From contig NC_068992.1 in the NCBI RefSeq assembly GCF_001194135.2, positions 26,462,440-26,510,611 of the forward strand: a stretch of DNA of 48,172 bases, given 5' to 3'. Both the position numbers and the translations under genes were made by a program. The stretch is from Octopus bimaculoides. Taxonomy: Eukaryota. Below, one piece after another: positions 11,413-24,283 of this stretch. The stretch's first letter is position 1. Each line of letters opens with the position of its first letter. The notes below the pieces were generated by a model. It searched no databases, was not told the DNA's origin, and worked only from the letters and a program-made list of their open reading frames with translations.

Positions 11413-12718
11413 ACATTCTTGAAGTCCTTTTGCTGTTCTGAATTCTATTTCTGTAGGACATTTGACGGTCATATTTTATAGATTAGCCAATGCAAACATA
11501 ACCATAGCTGTATTCGATATTTTACAATTTGTATATTTGTAAATGGATAATAGATCATAAATTTCCATAAATTTACCTTTTGAATTCGAATTTAACTGAG
11601 ATTTTAAAATCCTAATAGATTATTCGCTTTTATTTATTAACAGATCATTGCCTTCTTTATAATATATTTCATATTTGCTACGGAAAAGCATTTACGTCTC
11701 ATTTTTGACATATTCAAACATCATTTGTCATTACATAAACCACACTTTCCGTTTTTGCATATGAAATGTTATTTGACATAAGAACATTTATATTCCTTGT
11801 GTAAGCATTAGTACAATATTACTTTGACGGTTCTGCATACAACAGCGTGAATAGAATTCCTGACATTTTCGAATTTACATTGGAAAATGTAAACCTACTC
11901 TACGTCTGTCGATTTTCATTTTGGATAATGGGCAATAATTCAAGATCTGACAGCTACGTGGAGTACTCCTGTCTATATGAATATTGCTGTTGAAAGAGAG
12001 ATGGTATCAAAATGTCTACTTATTTAACTGAAATGAAATTTCGGAAATCAGAAGCAACACTTTGTACAGGGTAAGTGACAAATGGCTGCAGTAATTTATA
12101 CTGGACGAACCAAGAATTTGCAGATTAAAGAAATGTATTATTTAAACTATCAATTCACCCCAATTTCAATAACTTTCTATAAACTGTATATATTTCAAAT
12201 ATTACTTTATATTTGCTGGCAAGATGTTTGTTTATACGATTTAGCATTGCATAATATTATAACACAGCTTACAGGTTTCTTGTGTGTGATAATTTAGTAC
12301 CCAGCTCAGTAATGTATTTGCCTCTCATTTATGCAAAGGTACAGAAAAAGAACAATGCTATTATGGATCTTTCTGATAAGTAATACGAGTCATATTCCCA
12401 TCTACCAGCTGATACGTAGATTTGCATGGGTTTCTACAAGCAGAATTAAAAATATATTTACTAGGCGATTTAATATATGAGAAAAAGATTAAGACAAAAC
12501 CAGTATGTGTTTAACTAGAAATTTCTCTCTCATCTTGTCTGCATTATCACAATCTCTAGAAATTTCAGTTGGATATAGCAACGAAATCGTCAAAAATAAC
12601 ATAGGCGTACTTAAATATGCTTTAAATATTGTGTTTAGTGAAACAGCTTGTGTACTCAATTTCCAATGTATTCATTACACCTTCTTTTTTTATATATGTA
12701 TGTATGCATGCACGTATA

Positions 12719-12784
<66 letters not shown>

Positions 12785-12789
12785 TGGGA

Positions 12790-13005
12790 AATTAAAAACA
12801 AAAACGAAGAACAAACACAAGAAAAAATAACAACGCGAGGATGTGATACATGCAAAGTATTAGCAGATGCACAGGGAAGGAACCAAAGGTGGTTTTACGT
12901 TTCGAGCAAAGCTCTTTGTCAGAAACAGGAAACGGAGGAAAGTCCAAGAGAAAAGGGAAACTGAGAAAAAAATCGCCAACAATCCACATGTGGTTTATAT
13001 GTATA
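12790..13005 (-). mobile_element. Short non-coding element carrying a mutated minimal hammerhead, flanked by (TATG)n
   Basis: ~215-bp purine-rich (plus strand) island between microsatellites, containing the motif at 12892-12926. Confidence 0.5.
12892..12926 (-). ncRNA. Minimal hammerhead motif with one core substitution (G8 to A)
   Basis: Minus strand GUUU-CUGACAA-A-GAGC-UUU-GCUC-GAAA-C-G-U-A-AAAC: helix I GUUU/AAAC, helix II GAGC/GCUC, palindromic ACGU helix III, GUA triplet; box is CUGACAA instead of CUGACGA. Confidence 0.65.
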
Positions 13006-13088
13006 TACATGTATATACATCTATATGTATACGACTGAGTGGACAAACGAAAGAAGGGCACTCGACCAAATTGTGAGAGTTACATGTA

Positions 13089-13249
13089 TGGATCAAAACA
13101 GTTTGTTGCAAATTCGCTGGTAGTCTTGAGTTACAAGTGCGATGCTAGTCGGCAGCCATTTTGAATTTGAAATTCAAATTGACTGACGACTAGCATTGGG
13201 CTTGAATCTGAAGTGTACCAACGAATTTGAATCAAACTGTTTTGATCCA
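13089..13249. mobile_element. 161-bp ungapped palindrome (fold-back/MITE-like element)
   Basis: Symmetric about 13169; hand count 66 Watson-Crick + 2 G.T pairs of 80; outer 17 bp perfect (TGGATCAAAACAGTTTG / CAAACTGTTTTGATCCA). Confidence 0.85.
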
Positions 13250-13264
13250 CAAACACAACCACAA

Positions 13265-13317
<53 letters not shown>

Positions 13318-14329
13318 CACACAAACAGACACACACACACNNNNNNNNNNNNNNNNNNNNNNNNNNNNNNNNNNNNNNNNNNNNNNNNNNNNNNNNNNNN
13401 NNNNNNNNNNNNNNNNNNNNNNNNNNNNNNNNNNNNNNNNNNNNNNNNNNNNNNNNNNNNNNNNNNNNNNNNNNNNNNNNNNNNNNNNNNNNNNNNNNNN
13501 NNNNNNNNNNNNNNNNNNNNNNNNNNNNNNNNNNNNNNNNNNNNNNNNNNNNNNNNNNNNNNNNNNNNNNNNNNNNNNNNNNNNNNNNNNNNNNNNNNNN
13601 NNNNNNNNNNNNNNNNNNNNNNNNNNNNNNNNNNNNNNNNNNNNNNNNNNNNNNNNNNNNNNNNNNNNNNNNNNNNNNNNNNNNNNNNNNNNNNNNNNNN
13701 NNNNNNNNNNNNNNNNNNNNNNNNNNNNNNNNNNNNNNNNNNNNNNNNNNNNNNNNNNNNNNNNNNNNNNNNNNNNNNNNNNNNNNNNNNNNNNNNNNNN
13801 NNNNNNNNNNNNNNNNNNNNNNNNNNNNNNNNNNNNNNNNNNNNNNNNNNNNNNNNNATATATATGTATGTATGAATATATATATACAGATACATTCATA
13901 CATACATATATGCACGGAATAAAAGAGAAAGAGAAAAGTGGAAGTTGAGAAGAGAATTTCAAAACGCATCCACGTTTTTCATTTCTCTCAGTATTGAAAT
14001 CCATCGAAGTCCATTGCGTTATGTTATACTGCAGCTGTATGGCAGTTATCCGATAATCTGATTTTTTCCTCGTTGCGTTATGGAAATGGATCTTGATCAC
14101 ATATCAATATACAATGTCGCATTTTGCTATTGATTTTGATAGCATTATATCTTACGCAAACTCGTATTCATAGCCACTTCAATATAAATGTAAAAGTATA
14201 TACTCTTGCTTTTAATATATTGATGTATGCACAAAAAAAGAAGCACACATACAGACACATACCTGGTTATTTATATTTAAAAGTATATAGAGAGAAAAGT
14301 GTTTTGTGTGTGAGTATGTGTTAGAGAGA

Positions 14330-14688
<359 letters not shown>

Positions 14689-15269
14689 GATGTAGTAATT
14701 GAATGCTATAAAAATACCAAAACACATACTGTTCCTAAAGATGCAAAATCAAGCACAAACAAACGTCCACATATACGTAATATATATGTACACACGTGTT
14801 TGTGCTCCGTATATCATATAGTTACATCTATTCATATTCGTAAGGCTATATTGCAGGTCCACTATTATCCTGTATCTCAGAAAGAGAATGTATATTTTCT
14901 GAGTGAAAGTGGAAGGCACATCATTAATTAATAACAACGCGAATGATGACGAAAAAAGCCTGAATATTCAATAGATTAATTGATAGCCAGGAGTTTCCTC
15001 ACATTAAACAACATTCTACTTAATCCCATAGGCACCGTAAACATGAACATTTTAATTCTCATGATCCTAAATGCAGCTGTTCATGTTTAGATAATATAGC
15101 TTCTAATATCGCATGCTGCAATAAAAGCAAATGCACAACCACAAAATTTTTATTCCGCAGTCAGACCTGTAACCGCTGAAATGCTACGAACTGTCAACTG
15201 GGAGGATCATATCTATCAAACGTTATGGCCTCTAGACCCTTACTGATACCCGTTCATCGTAGTACGCGG

Positions 15270-15850
15270 CACAACACGGGGACGGCCGTAAATAATTTGA
15301 AGGATTGATCATATTGCTGCACTTAGAATAATTCATATCTGCAGACAAGTTAAGTAGTACGTCCTTGTCATGCTTCATCTGGAAACTCCGTAATCGTAGC
15401 CACATCAACGCATGAAATGAAATATTTTGGACAGGGTCCCACCTTACCCATGCAGAGCTCACAATTACCCATCTGCCTCCGCAAATTCCTGGAGCTACTC
15501 TGATTGCAGCGCCCGTTAATAGAACGGCATATTCTGTTGATGGAATATATTCACTTTTCAGGTTTTTGAAACCAGTGACCACACCGATAACCTCGATGTC
15601 CCACACTAGGTAAGGTAATATGCCAGATATGCATAAAAATATTATCACCCATATGGTTGCAGCTCAATGATCCAGCAGAGGCATCAGCTACATCTAAGAC
15701 AACATTGATTACTAGCGGCATTAGTTTGTCGTCACTAAGTATACACTACGTACCCGTGGCTGTAACTGAGTATCACATGTTAAACTCTCTCTGAAATGCA
15801 GAAGACATTCTTTACCACTCAATACTTTAAACCATGATGTCAAATACCAC
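15270..15850 (+). mobile_element. Very old reverse-transcriptase relic, RTE-clade-like LINE
   Basis: Frameshifted/stop-laden but ordered RT-like motifs: DHIAALRII (15307), NIL..VP, SYSDCSAR..NG (15493), VR*...ILSP, and a YADD-like TTGATTACTAGCGGCATTAGTTTG (15705-15727). Confidence 0.45.
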
Positions 15851-16087
15851 GCTTCAATGGCTAAGCGAACATTAACAATGTGACCCCAACCAAACGGTTG
15901 GGGTTTTCTCTAGTATGAGTTTTCTCTGTAATAAAAACATTTTGTTTTTGTTTCATTTGCTTCCGATTGTTTGAAGCAATCGCATCCGTAAACACAAAAC
16001 ATGGTTAACAATTGTTTGTCAGTAAATACACCGCCGACTATGTTGAATGCCACTTCGAATCGTTTGGCCACACGCACACACACACAT

Positions 16088-16130
<43 letters not shown>

Positions 16131-16278
16131 AACATAAAAAACACACACATGTGAGTGTATGTGTATATGTTTGAGTGTGTATACATAACGATAGATAGAT
16201 AAGTAGAGAGATAGACAGGTTATACGTGTATATGTATGTGTGTGTGCATGAACACACACACACACATGCATACATACA

Positions 16279-16310
<32 letters not shown>

Positions 16311-16952
16311 NNNNNNNNNNNNNNNNNNNNNNNNNNNNNNNNNNNNNNNNNNNNNNNNNNNNNNNNNNNNNNNNNNNNNNNNNNNNNNNNNNNNNNNNNN
16401 NNNNNNNNNNNNNNNNNNNNNNNNNNNNNNNNNNNNNNNNNNNNNNNNNNNNNNNNNNNNNNNNNNNNNNNNNNNNNNNNNNNNNNNNNNNNNNNNNNNN
16501 NNNNNNNNNNNNNNNNNNNNNNNNNNNNNNNNNNNNNNNNNNNNNNNNNNNNNNNNNNNNNNNNNNNNNNNNNNNNNNNNNNNNNNNNNNNNNNNNNNNN
16601 NNNNNNNNNNNNNNNNNNNNNNNNNNNNNNNNNNNNNNNNNNNNNNNNNNNNNNNNNNNNNNNNNNNNNNNNNNNNNNNNNNNNNNNNNNNNNNNNNNNN
16701 NNNNNNNNNNNNNNNNNNNNNNNNNNNNNNNNNNNNNNNNNNNNNNNNNNNNNNNNNNNNNNNNNNNNNNNNNNNNNNNNNNNNNNNNNNNNNNNNNNNN
16801 NNNNNNNNNNNNNNNNNATATATATATATATACGTGAGTCTCCTTACATGCTGAAAAGATACCTCAAATCCCTAAACCACAAAAAATACATTCTTATTTA
16901 TAGCGCCTTAGCTGTAGGCTGGTAAGACGATTTGAAAAAAGTTAAAAAGACC

Positions 16953-17512
16953 AGTTATTTCTATATACCGAACTTTCACCACTAATGATTAAATAAATTA
17001 ATTATCTGTGGATCATCAGTAGGAACTGCTGGAAACGTATAATTATAAAACTCAAGTGCATGCTATATGCCAAAGAACACACGTGAATATCGAATGTTAT
17101 CGTTATACATCGTGAATTCAATTCAAATGTCTTCAACCAACGCGCCAATCCAGAATAAAGCAGCAGTGAAGAAAAATTCAGTGGTGAATTATCTGCCTCA
17201 AGAATTAAAACATTTAAAAATAAATATATAAATGGTAAAAATTTATTAATAATAATAATTTATACCAGTGGCCAGCATGCGTAAAACCATAAATATTTTT
17301 ATAAACGTGTATAAATTACACACGAAGAGAAGAACCACTACGTATTTTCCTTATATGTCAAATTCCCAAACCACGAAAAATGGATTCTTATCAATAGCAC
17401 GTTGGATGTAGACGGGCAAGACAATTTGAATAAATAAAACAAGTTATTTCTCTACTCCGAAGTTTCACCATTAATAATTAATTAAATTAATTATCCGTAG
17501 AGGTGTCTTCTG
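16953..17512 (-). repeat. Two diverged direct copies (~16925-17020 and ~17420-17512) of a ~90-bp unit with hammerhead-like boxes
   Basis: Shared AGTTATTTCT..T..CCGAA.TTTCACCA.TAAT..TTAA..AAATTAATTATC.GT; minus strand gives CUGAUGA...GUGGU-GAAAG (copy 1) and CAGAAGA...UGGU-GAAAC-UUCGGA-GUA (copy 2). Confidence 0.6.
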
Positions 17513-17841
17513 CTCTGCAGTTGATTGCATTTTTTGTTCCTTAGTATTTGCTTCTGAGAATAATTACCAAGATATGGAATGTGAATTAGAACCAGCTTGT
17601 AGATTTTTAATTCATTTTTAGAAAACTTTCCTTTTTTCATAATGTAATCGAATTATTCATCATTAGAAAACACGTCTGAAACAGCTGTAGTGTATCTTTA
17701 ACCAATTTGCGTTCTTATTTTATATATCTGTGTGTGTTTGTGTCTGCATGTGTTTGCGTGTGTGTGTGTGTATTTGTGCATTTATATATACATATTTTTA
17801 ATCAGAGTTACAAAGAGACACACAGAAAAAAATAGATAGTC

Positions 17842-17909
<68 letters not shown>

Positions 17910-18539
17910 TGATTGATTGATAGACTTAAATATTTACTACGTTATAAAGCATTTATGAACTTTCGCTTGATAGATTGCTCATCAAATCTGATAAAGTAAC
18001 TCTCCTTAAAGAAACTCCCAAAATATTGAACTTTCCTTGGTGATTCTACTACTATAATTCTTTACCTAGACACATAGAACATATAATGATGAATTCGACT
18101 GATTCTAGAGCAGCGATTATATCAGATTTACGACATGGCGTTAGAGAATATCTCACGTGTGATATGCCTGTAAATCTATATTTTTATTTGTTTACTTGTT
18201 CTGAGAATTATGAAAGAAATGCTGTTTACTTCCAGATCATAACTTTAAAACTCGTTCTTCTCGAGAAACATAGAATGAAGAAGAAAATATAAAGCGGTTT
18301 AGATAATTTTCTTTCTATTCACTATTGGGCTTTCTGATAAGATAACTTATGTATAGTGAATATGTACAGGAGAAAAGGATGGAAAAAAATTGAAGTGATG
18401 CACTCATGTGAATTAATCTAACACAACGTATTTCCTTCTAGCCAAGTATCTATCGGTTTCTTCCGCTCTCTTTCACTCTCTCTTCATCTCTGTCTATTTC
18501 TCTACTTCTTTCTCTGTCTCTGTTTCTTTCTCTCTCTCC

Positions 18540-18571
<32 letters not shown>

Positions 18572-18767
18572 NNNNNNNNNNNNNNNNNNNNNNNNNNNNN
18601 NNNNNNNNNNNNNNNNNNNNNNNNNNNNNNNNNNNNNNNNNNNNNNNNNNNNNNNNNNNNNNNNNNNNNNNNNNNNNNNNNNNNNNNNNNNNNNNNNNNN
18701 NNNNNNNNNNNNNNNNNNNNNNNNNNNNNNNNNNNNNNNNNNNNNNNNNNNNNNNNNNNNNNNNNNN

Positions 18768-18798
<31 letters not shown>

Positions 18799-19829
18799 TA
18801 GATAGATAAATAGATAGATATAGATATATACATGCATTTGTATATAAAATTGTATATATACATAGGTGTGTGTGTGTGTGTGTGTGTGCGTGCGTGCATT
18901 TATGTACATGTATATGTATATATATGTGTGTGTGTATTTGTGTATGTGTGTGTATAAATATATTTATATACATTCATATATATACACGTTTATATATGTG
19001 TATGTACATATGTATGTATGTGTGTATGTATGTATGTATGTATGTATGTAGGTGCTTTTATGTGTGAGTATAAATATACAAACATTTCTCATAGCATCAA
19101 TGTACACAAGTGTGCATGAGTTGGTGTGGTTGTGTTTTTGTGATTTATGCATTCGATCAGAAGCAATTCTTTACGGAAATCATATTTATTGCAGTGGAAA
19201 ATCGATTTATGGGGAAAAATCGTTTCATTATTCCTCAAAGTTGAATGCAACAAGGAGCATCTAAGTGCCTAAGTGGTTACTCAATCTCCTAGACATAGCA
19301 GCTGAATCCACCTTAAATTACCTCTTAAAATATAGAATGAAATATCGTACATTGTTGTCGAGATACACTACGTCTGAAAACGGAAAAACAACGAACGGAA
19401 AATGGATGAAACGTATTCTATATTAATTTTTCTTCGTCTCTGTTAACTTTCTAAAAATAACTTCTATAGGGAAAGACCATGTTAGTTATGAAGAGATAGG
19501 AAATCTTTCCATAAGAATTAATAAGAAACGCATAACATAATGACAGAGTTGTTTCCGAAGAAATTAAATGCAACTGATCGACTTTTCAGTGATTAAACTT
19601 TTATCAATATATTTGTATATATGTAGATATACGTATCACTTCTGCATATGTTCTTAAATCAATCCCACCCTCCAGTGAGAGAACCAGCTTCCATTGAGAA
19701 ATCTGATATCTTTTTACTCTAATTTGAACATAAATTTGTAGTCATGTGCATATGCAAGCATACACATGTGAGCTATTTCTATCTAGATGTGTATCTCTCC
19801 CTCCTTTCCCCCTCTCTCTCTCTATGTAA

Positions 19830-19944
<115 letters not shown>

Positions 19945-19963
19945 CAATGTTACAGTATCAGTA

Positions 19964-20165
19964 GGGGTGGCAAGCCAGCAGAATCGTTAGGATGTCGAGC
20001 GAAATGCTTAGCGGTATTTCGTCCGTCCTTACGTTCTGTGTTCAAATTTCCCATTTGTCCTTTCGTTGTCGGTAAAATAAATACCAATCGAGCACCAGGG
20101 TCGTTGTAATTAACTTATCTCCTGCACCGAAATAACTGGCCTTGTGCCAAAATTTGAAACCAGTA
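19964..20165 (+). mobile_element. Degenerate SINE copy (family of 23191-23428)
   Basis: GCAGAATCGTTAG...CGAAATGCTTAGCGGTATTTCGTC...GGCCTTGTGCCAAAATTTGAAACC. Confidence 0.75.
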
Positions 20166-20384
20166 TGATGGTATCTCAACTGGTTGTCGTACCCAAACGT
20201 TTCATTTGCATTTCTATTGCAGTTTTCTTTCTTTATTTGTTTTTTCTTCTCTTATTTGGCTAGAGATCAAATGTTGTTATCAGGAAGATACGCCTCAGAC
20301 AGAGAGTCAATATAATGATTGCTGGTCCAAGATAGATTACAACTATTTATCTTCATTGTTTCACTCTGAAGATTATTCCAAACG

Positions 20385-20725
20385 TAACCAAGCGTGACAA
20401 CTTGCTCATAAGCAGAAAGTCTTCCCTCAGGCAATTTGCAGAGATTAATATACTTAATAGAAAATCTCTATTTCACTATTTTAGTCATTACAAGTATTTC
20501 ATTCCTTCTGATATTCATAAAACACAAATACTCATGCATTTTTTTTTTTATTATCGAAATTAAATCCTTTATGAGATACGTAGTGAAATCGAGGTTACTC
20601 GAAACATAACCAAGCATGACAACTTGCTCAAATGCTGAAAGTCTTCTTTCTGGCAATTTGCAGAGATTAAAATATTAAATAAAAGATATCTATTTCACTA
20701 TTATGATATACGTAGTGAAATTGAG
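20385..20725 (+). repeat. Diverged ~96-bp direct duplication (20385-20480 / 20607-20702)
   Basis: TAACCAAGC.TGACAACTTGCTCA...GGCAATTTGCAGAGATTAA...CTATTTCACTATT present twice. Confidence 0.8.
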
Positions 20726-20772
20726 AATTTGAATTTGAATATAATCTTCTTTGGAATGACACATTTGGTCAA

Positions 20773-21137
20773 GGCACCGAGCTGGCAGAAACTATATGTT
20801 CGCTGAATAAAATTCATAGCAGCATTTCTTCTGTATTCCCGTTCCGAGCTCAAAATCCGCCGACGTAGACTTCATATGTTATCATTTCGCGTTGATAAAA
20901 TAAGAACCAGTTGAGAACTGGGTCAGTGTATTCGACTTAACCTCTCCCCCGAAAGTGCTGGCCTTCTTCTAAAATTTGAAACTACTATTACAAATTTGGT
21001 TAAAGCGGTGTTTTGAGTTCAAATTCTGTGGGTGTTGACTTTAGATTTCATCCTATTCGAGATCAATAAAGTAAATAGCATTTGAATCGAGTACCCACTC
21101 GCTCAATATTGCCGGCCTTGTGCAAAAATTGAAATAA
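20773..21137 (+). mobile_element. Two adjacent degenerate SINE copies (20773-20988, ~21003-21137; family of 23191-23428)
   Basis: GAGCTGGCAGAA head, GATAAAATAAGAACCAGTT core, GGCCTT...AAAATTTGAAA tail; second fragment GAGTTCAAATTCTG...GGCCTTGTGCAAAAATTGAAA. Confidence 0.65.
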
Positions 21138-22958
21138 ATATTACATATTTGGTTACGCGTACTATTGATATCAGTACAAGATGTAGACGTTGGTGGTGCT
21201 GGAAGCGGAAGCAGCCGTGCATCTATGATTTATTTTGGCGAAGGGCCACACATGAGCCGAGAATGATAGTACATAATATTCGACCTAAATGTATTACTGA
21301 TATTTATTGTTTCCTCACATCGGGTAAATAATATATAACACTATCCTGTTGCGAGTATTGGAACAAATGAGATATTTAGTGTTATTTTGAACGGTATAAG
21401 AACTTCTGCAAAGAGAATTTTAACTGAATAAATCTCACAGACTCACACTATATACATCATAGACATACATAGATAGATAGATACAAATGAATACGCACAA
21501 ATATATATCTATATATATATATGTATATCTATCTATCTATCTATATATATATATATATATATNNNNNNNNNNNNNNNNNNNNNNNNNNNNNNNNNNNNNN
21601 NNNNNNNNNNNNNNNNNNNNNNNNNNNNNNNNNNNNNNNNNNNNNNNNNNNACACCTACACAGGATGAGAAAAACTCATTAAAGTTGAATTGAGAAAAAT
21701 TAATAGGTAATGTGTTTTTTACGTTAGCAGTTGTGTGCCCGTCTGTGTTTATAAGTATAGGCGACTGTGCACATGTTTGCCAAGAAATATTCTTCGCAGC
21801 AGTGTTATTTCGCTTTCTATATAGTGCTTCAATTTGAAAATTTCCATGTTATAGAAGTTGAAGTATTTTCTAGTAATTACTGAATTTTTATCGCTGTTTT
21901 TCACGCTGTTTGGGAATATTTGTGCGTAATTTGTAAATTTCAAAGCATTTTTGAGATATCGAATCCAATTTCTGCATTTTATCTTGATTCCTCGCTTGTC
22001 TTTTTCACTTGCCAATCTTCTGGAATAAGTTAAATGTGACCCAGATATTAGCCAAATCATCAAGACCTTTTAAGGTGACTCATCCTGAGATGTGACCTTT
22101 ATGTATCGTTTTTTACGTTTTCCGTCCCCTCCTTGCAAGGGTTCCATCTACCTTTTATAATTGCTAGTTGGAGATACTAGTTGCTGCTGATAATGAAGAG
22201 TTAACAGTCGTATTCTTAGTCGCCTGAATCTAAGGACGATATGATCTCTTTTGACGTTCCTGGTGTCGCTGTTGTTGTTTTTTTATTTTCCTAACTTTTA
22301 CACTTCTTTTCAAAGAAATATCTGTAATTTACTCTAATAATTTATATGGAAAACCCTTATCGATAAAACATTGCAGCCAGATATATTCTGTATTTTTATT
22401 TAATTCATTTAGACTTTGCCCTGCTTTCGTGTCAATTTTCTGTTAATATTCTTCGATGTTATTCTTTAAAACGCCAAATATATTTCCATTAACGTATGCA
22501 TATGTCTCACACACACGCTCTCTCTCTCGCTCTCTCCCTATTGCTCTCTTTCTCTCAGTCTGTCTTCTAAATGTATATATACGCGTTTGTATGTATGTAT
22601 GTATGTGTATATATTTGTGTGTATGTGTGTGTTTTGTGTGTGTGTGTATGTGTGTGCATGTGTGTGTATGCATGCCTTCGAAACGCGGAGTAGATGGAAC
22701 AGGGACAACTGGACAACTGACGAAGGGATCTACACTTTATGTTTGCATGTCTCGTTTATATGATTGGTGTTTTAGTCGTTCGAAAAAAAGTTCGCTTTCT
22801 GCTTTCGTGTTTATGTTCTCGTTTGTCATTGTGTTTAACGTTTTTCTTGCTGTCCTGTACCCATGTATGCATGTATGTATACATAATGATGTATGTATAC
22901 ATAAAGATGTATGTATGTACATATATGTATGGATATATGCATATATTTTTATATTATT

Positions 22959-22991
<33 letters not shown>

Positions 22992-23190
22992 TTGTGTGTG
23001 TATAAATTATACATATGTATATGCATATATATATATATATATATCTATATACATATGTATAATGCATGTATGTATGTATGTATGAATGATTGACCACCTG
23101 TAAATATACCTATACACATATGTATGCTTAAACACATACATACATGCATACATACGTACATGTATGCATACATACATACACATGTATGTA

Positions 23191-23428
23191 TGAAGGCGGC
23201 GAGCTGGCAGAAACGTTAGCACGCCGGGCGAAATGCTTAGCGGTATTTTGTCTGCCGCTACTTTCTGAGTTCAAATTCCGCCGAGGTCGACTTTGCCTTT
23301 TATCCTTTCGGGGTCGATTAAATAAGTACCAGTTATGCACTGGGGTCGATATAATCGACTTAATCTGTTTGTCTGTCTTTGTTTGTCCCCTCTGTGTGTA
23401 GCCCCTTGTGTGTTGTAAAGAAATAATA
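23191..23428 (+). mobile_element. Near full-length, young tRNA-derived SINE inserted in a (TACA)n microsatellite
   Basis: GGCGGCGAGCTGGCAGAAACGTTAGC head, GAGTTCAAATTCC B box, GAGGTCGACTTTGCCTTT...CCTTTCGGGGTCGA core, AAAGAAATAATA end; at least six other copies in window. Confidence 0.9.
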
Positions 23429-23887
23429 CATACATACACATATACATACATACACATATACATACATACATGCATACATAAAATTGATCGTGCCCGTATA
23501 CGGATATTGCATGCTGAAGGCTTATACTATACCTAGCAATGCCCTTGCGAATAAACACTAAAACATACATAGTAGGTAGTATTCCGACATGAATATTTGA
23601 TATCAACAATGTAGTCTGGCATAGTTTTGTCATCAACTCAGGCTAACGCCAAACACTTGCCAAGTTCTTGAAAGAAAATTGATTCAAAGAACAAAATTGA
23701 TTCAAAGATGGTTTATCTGTAAGATCTATCTCACTCACACTAATTGCATTTCGTAAACGAATTTCTGAAATATCTATGAATTGGAATCAAAAAACAAGAA
23801 AGGCACGTCCTAGACACTTCTTAATTAGAAACGCCATGGGAAGTGGGTTTTCATTCACACCACGCTCTCATGTACCTACATACATAC

Positions 23888-23918
<31 letters not shown>

Positions 23919-23944
23919 CACCCCCCCCCACACATATATTATAG

Positions 23945-24128
23945 AGAGAGTCACATACAGATAGAAAGATAGATAAATAGACAGATAGATAGATAGATAG
24001 ATAGATAGATAAAACAATAGACTGACACACAAGCAGACACACATAGACAGATAGATAGATAGAGAGAGAACGAGAAAGAGAGAAAGAGAAAGAGAGAGAC
24101 ACATAGAGTCTCACACACACATAGACAG

Positions 24129-24197
<69 letters not shown>

Positions 24198-24214
24198 CAC
24201 ACAGAGACTCACAC

Positions 24215-24282
<68 letters not shown>
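23945..24282. repeat. (GATA)n/(GA)n compound microsatellite
   Basis: Long GATA and GA runs. Confidence 0.95.

Positions 24283-24283
<1 letters not shown>

Noticed and set aside
12010-12076. Strong donor CAGG|GTAAGT at 12070/12071
   Set aside because: No good upstream acceptor, and all frames hit stops within about 80 bp.
15161-15246. Possible third exon (tattccgcag acceptor; RPVTAEMLRTVNWEDHIYQTLWPLDPY*) and 48-bp exon 15562-15609
   Set aside because: Both lie in or beside the RTE-like relic, so the splice-like signals are better explained as chance within transposon-derived DNA.
19255-19410. Possible degenerate dispersed repeats (also ~31310-31410, 34850-35150, 37495-37570)
   Set aside because: Resemblance to SINE-like families is too eroded to set boundaries or a family without alignment.
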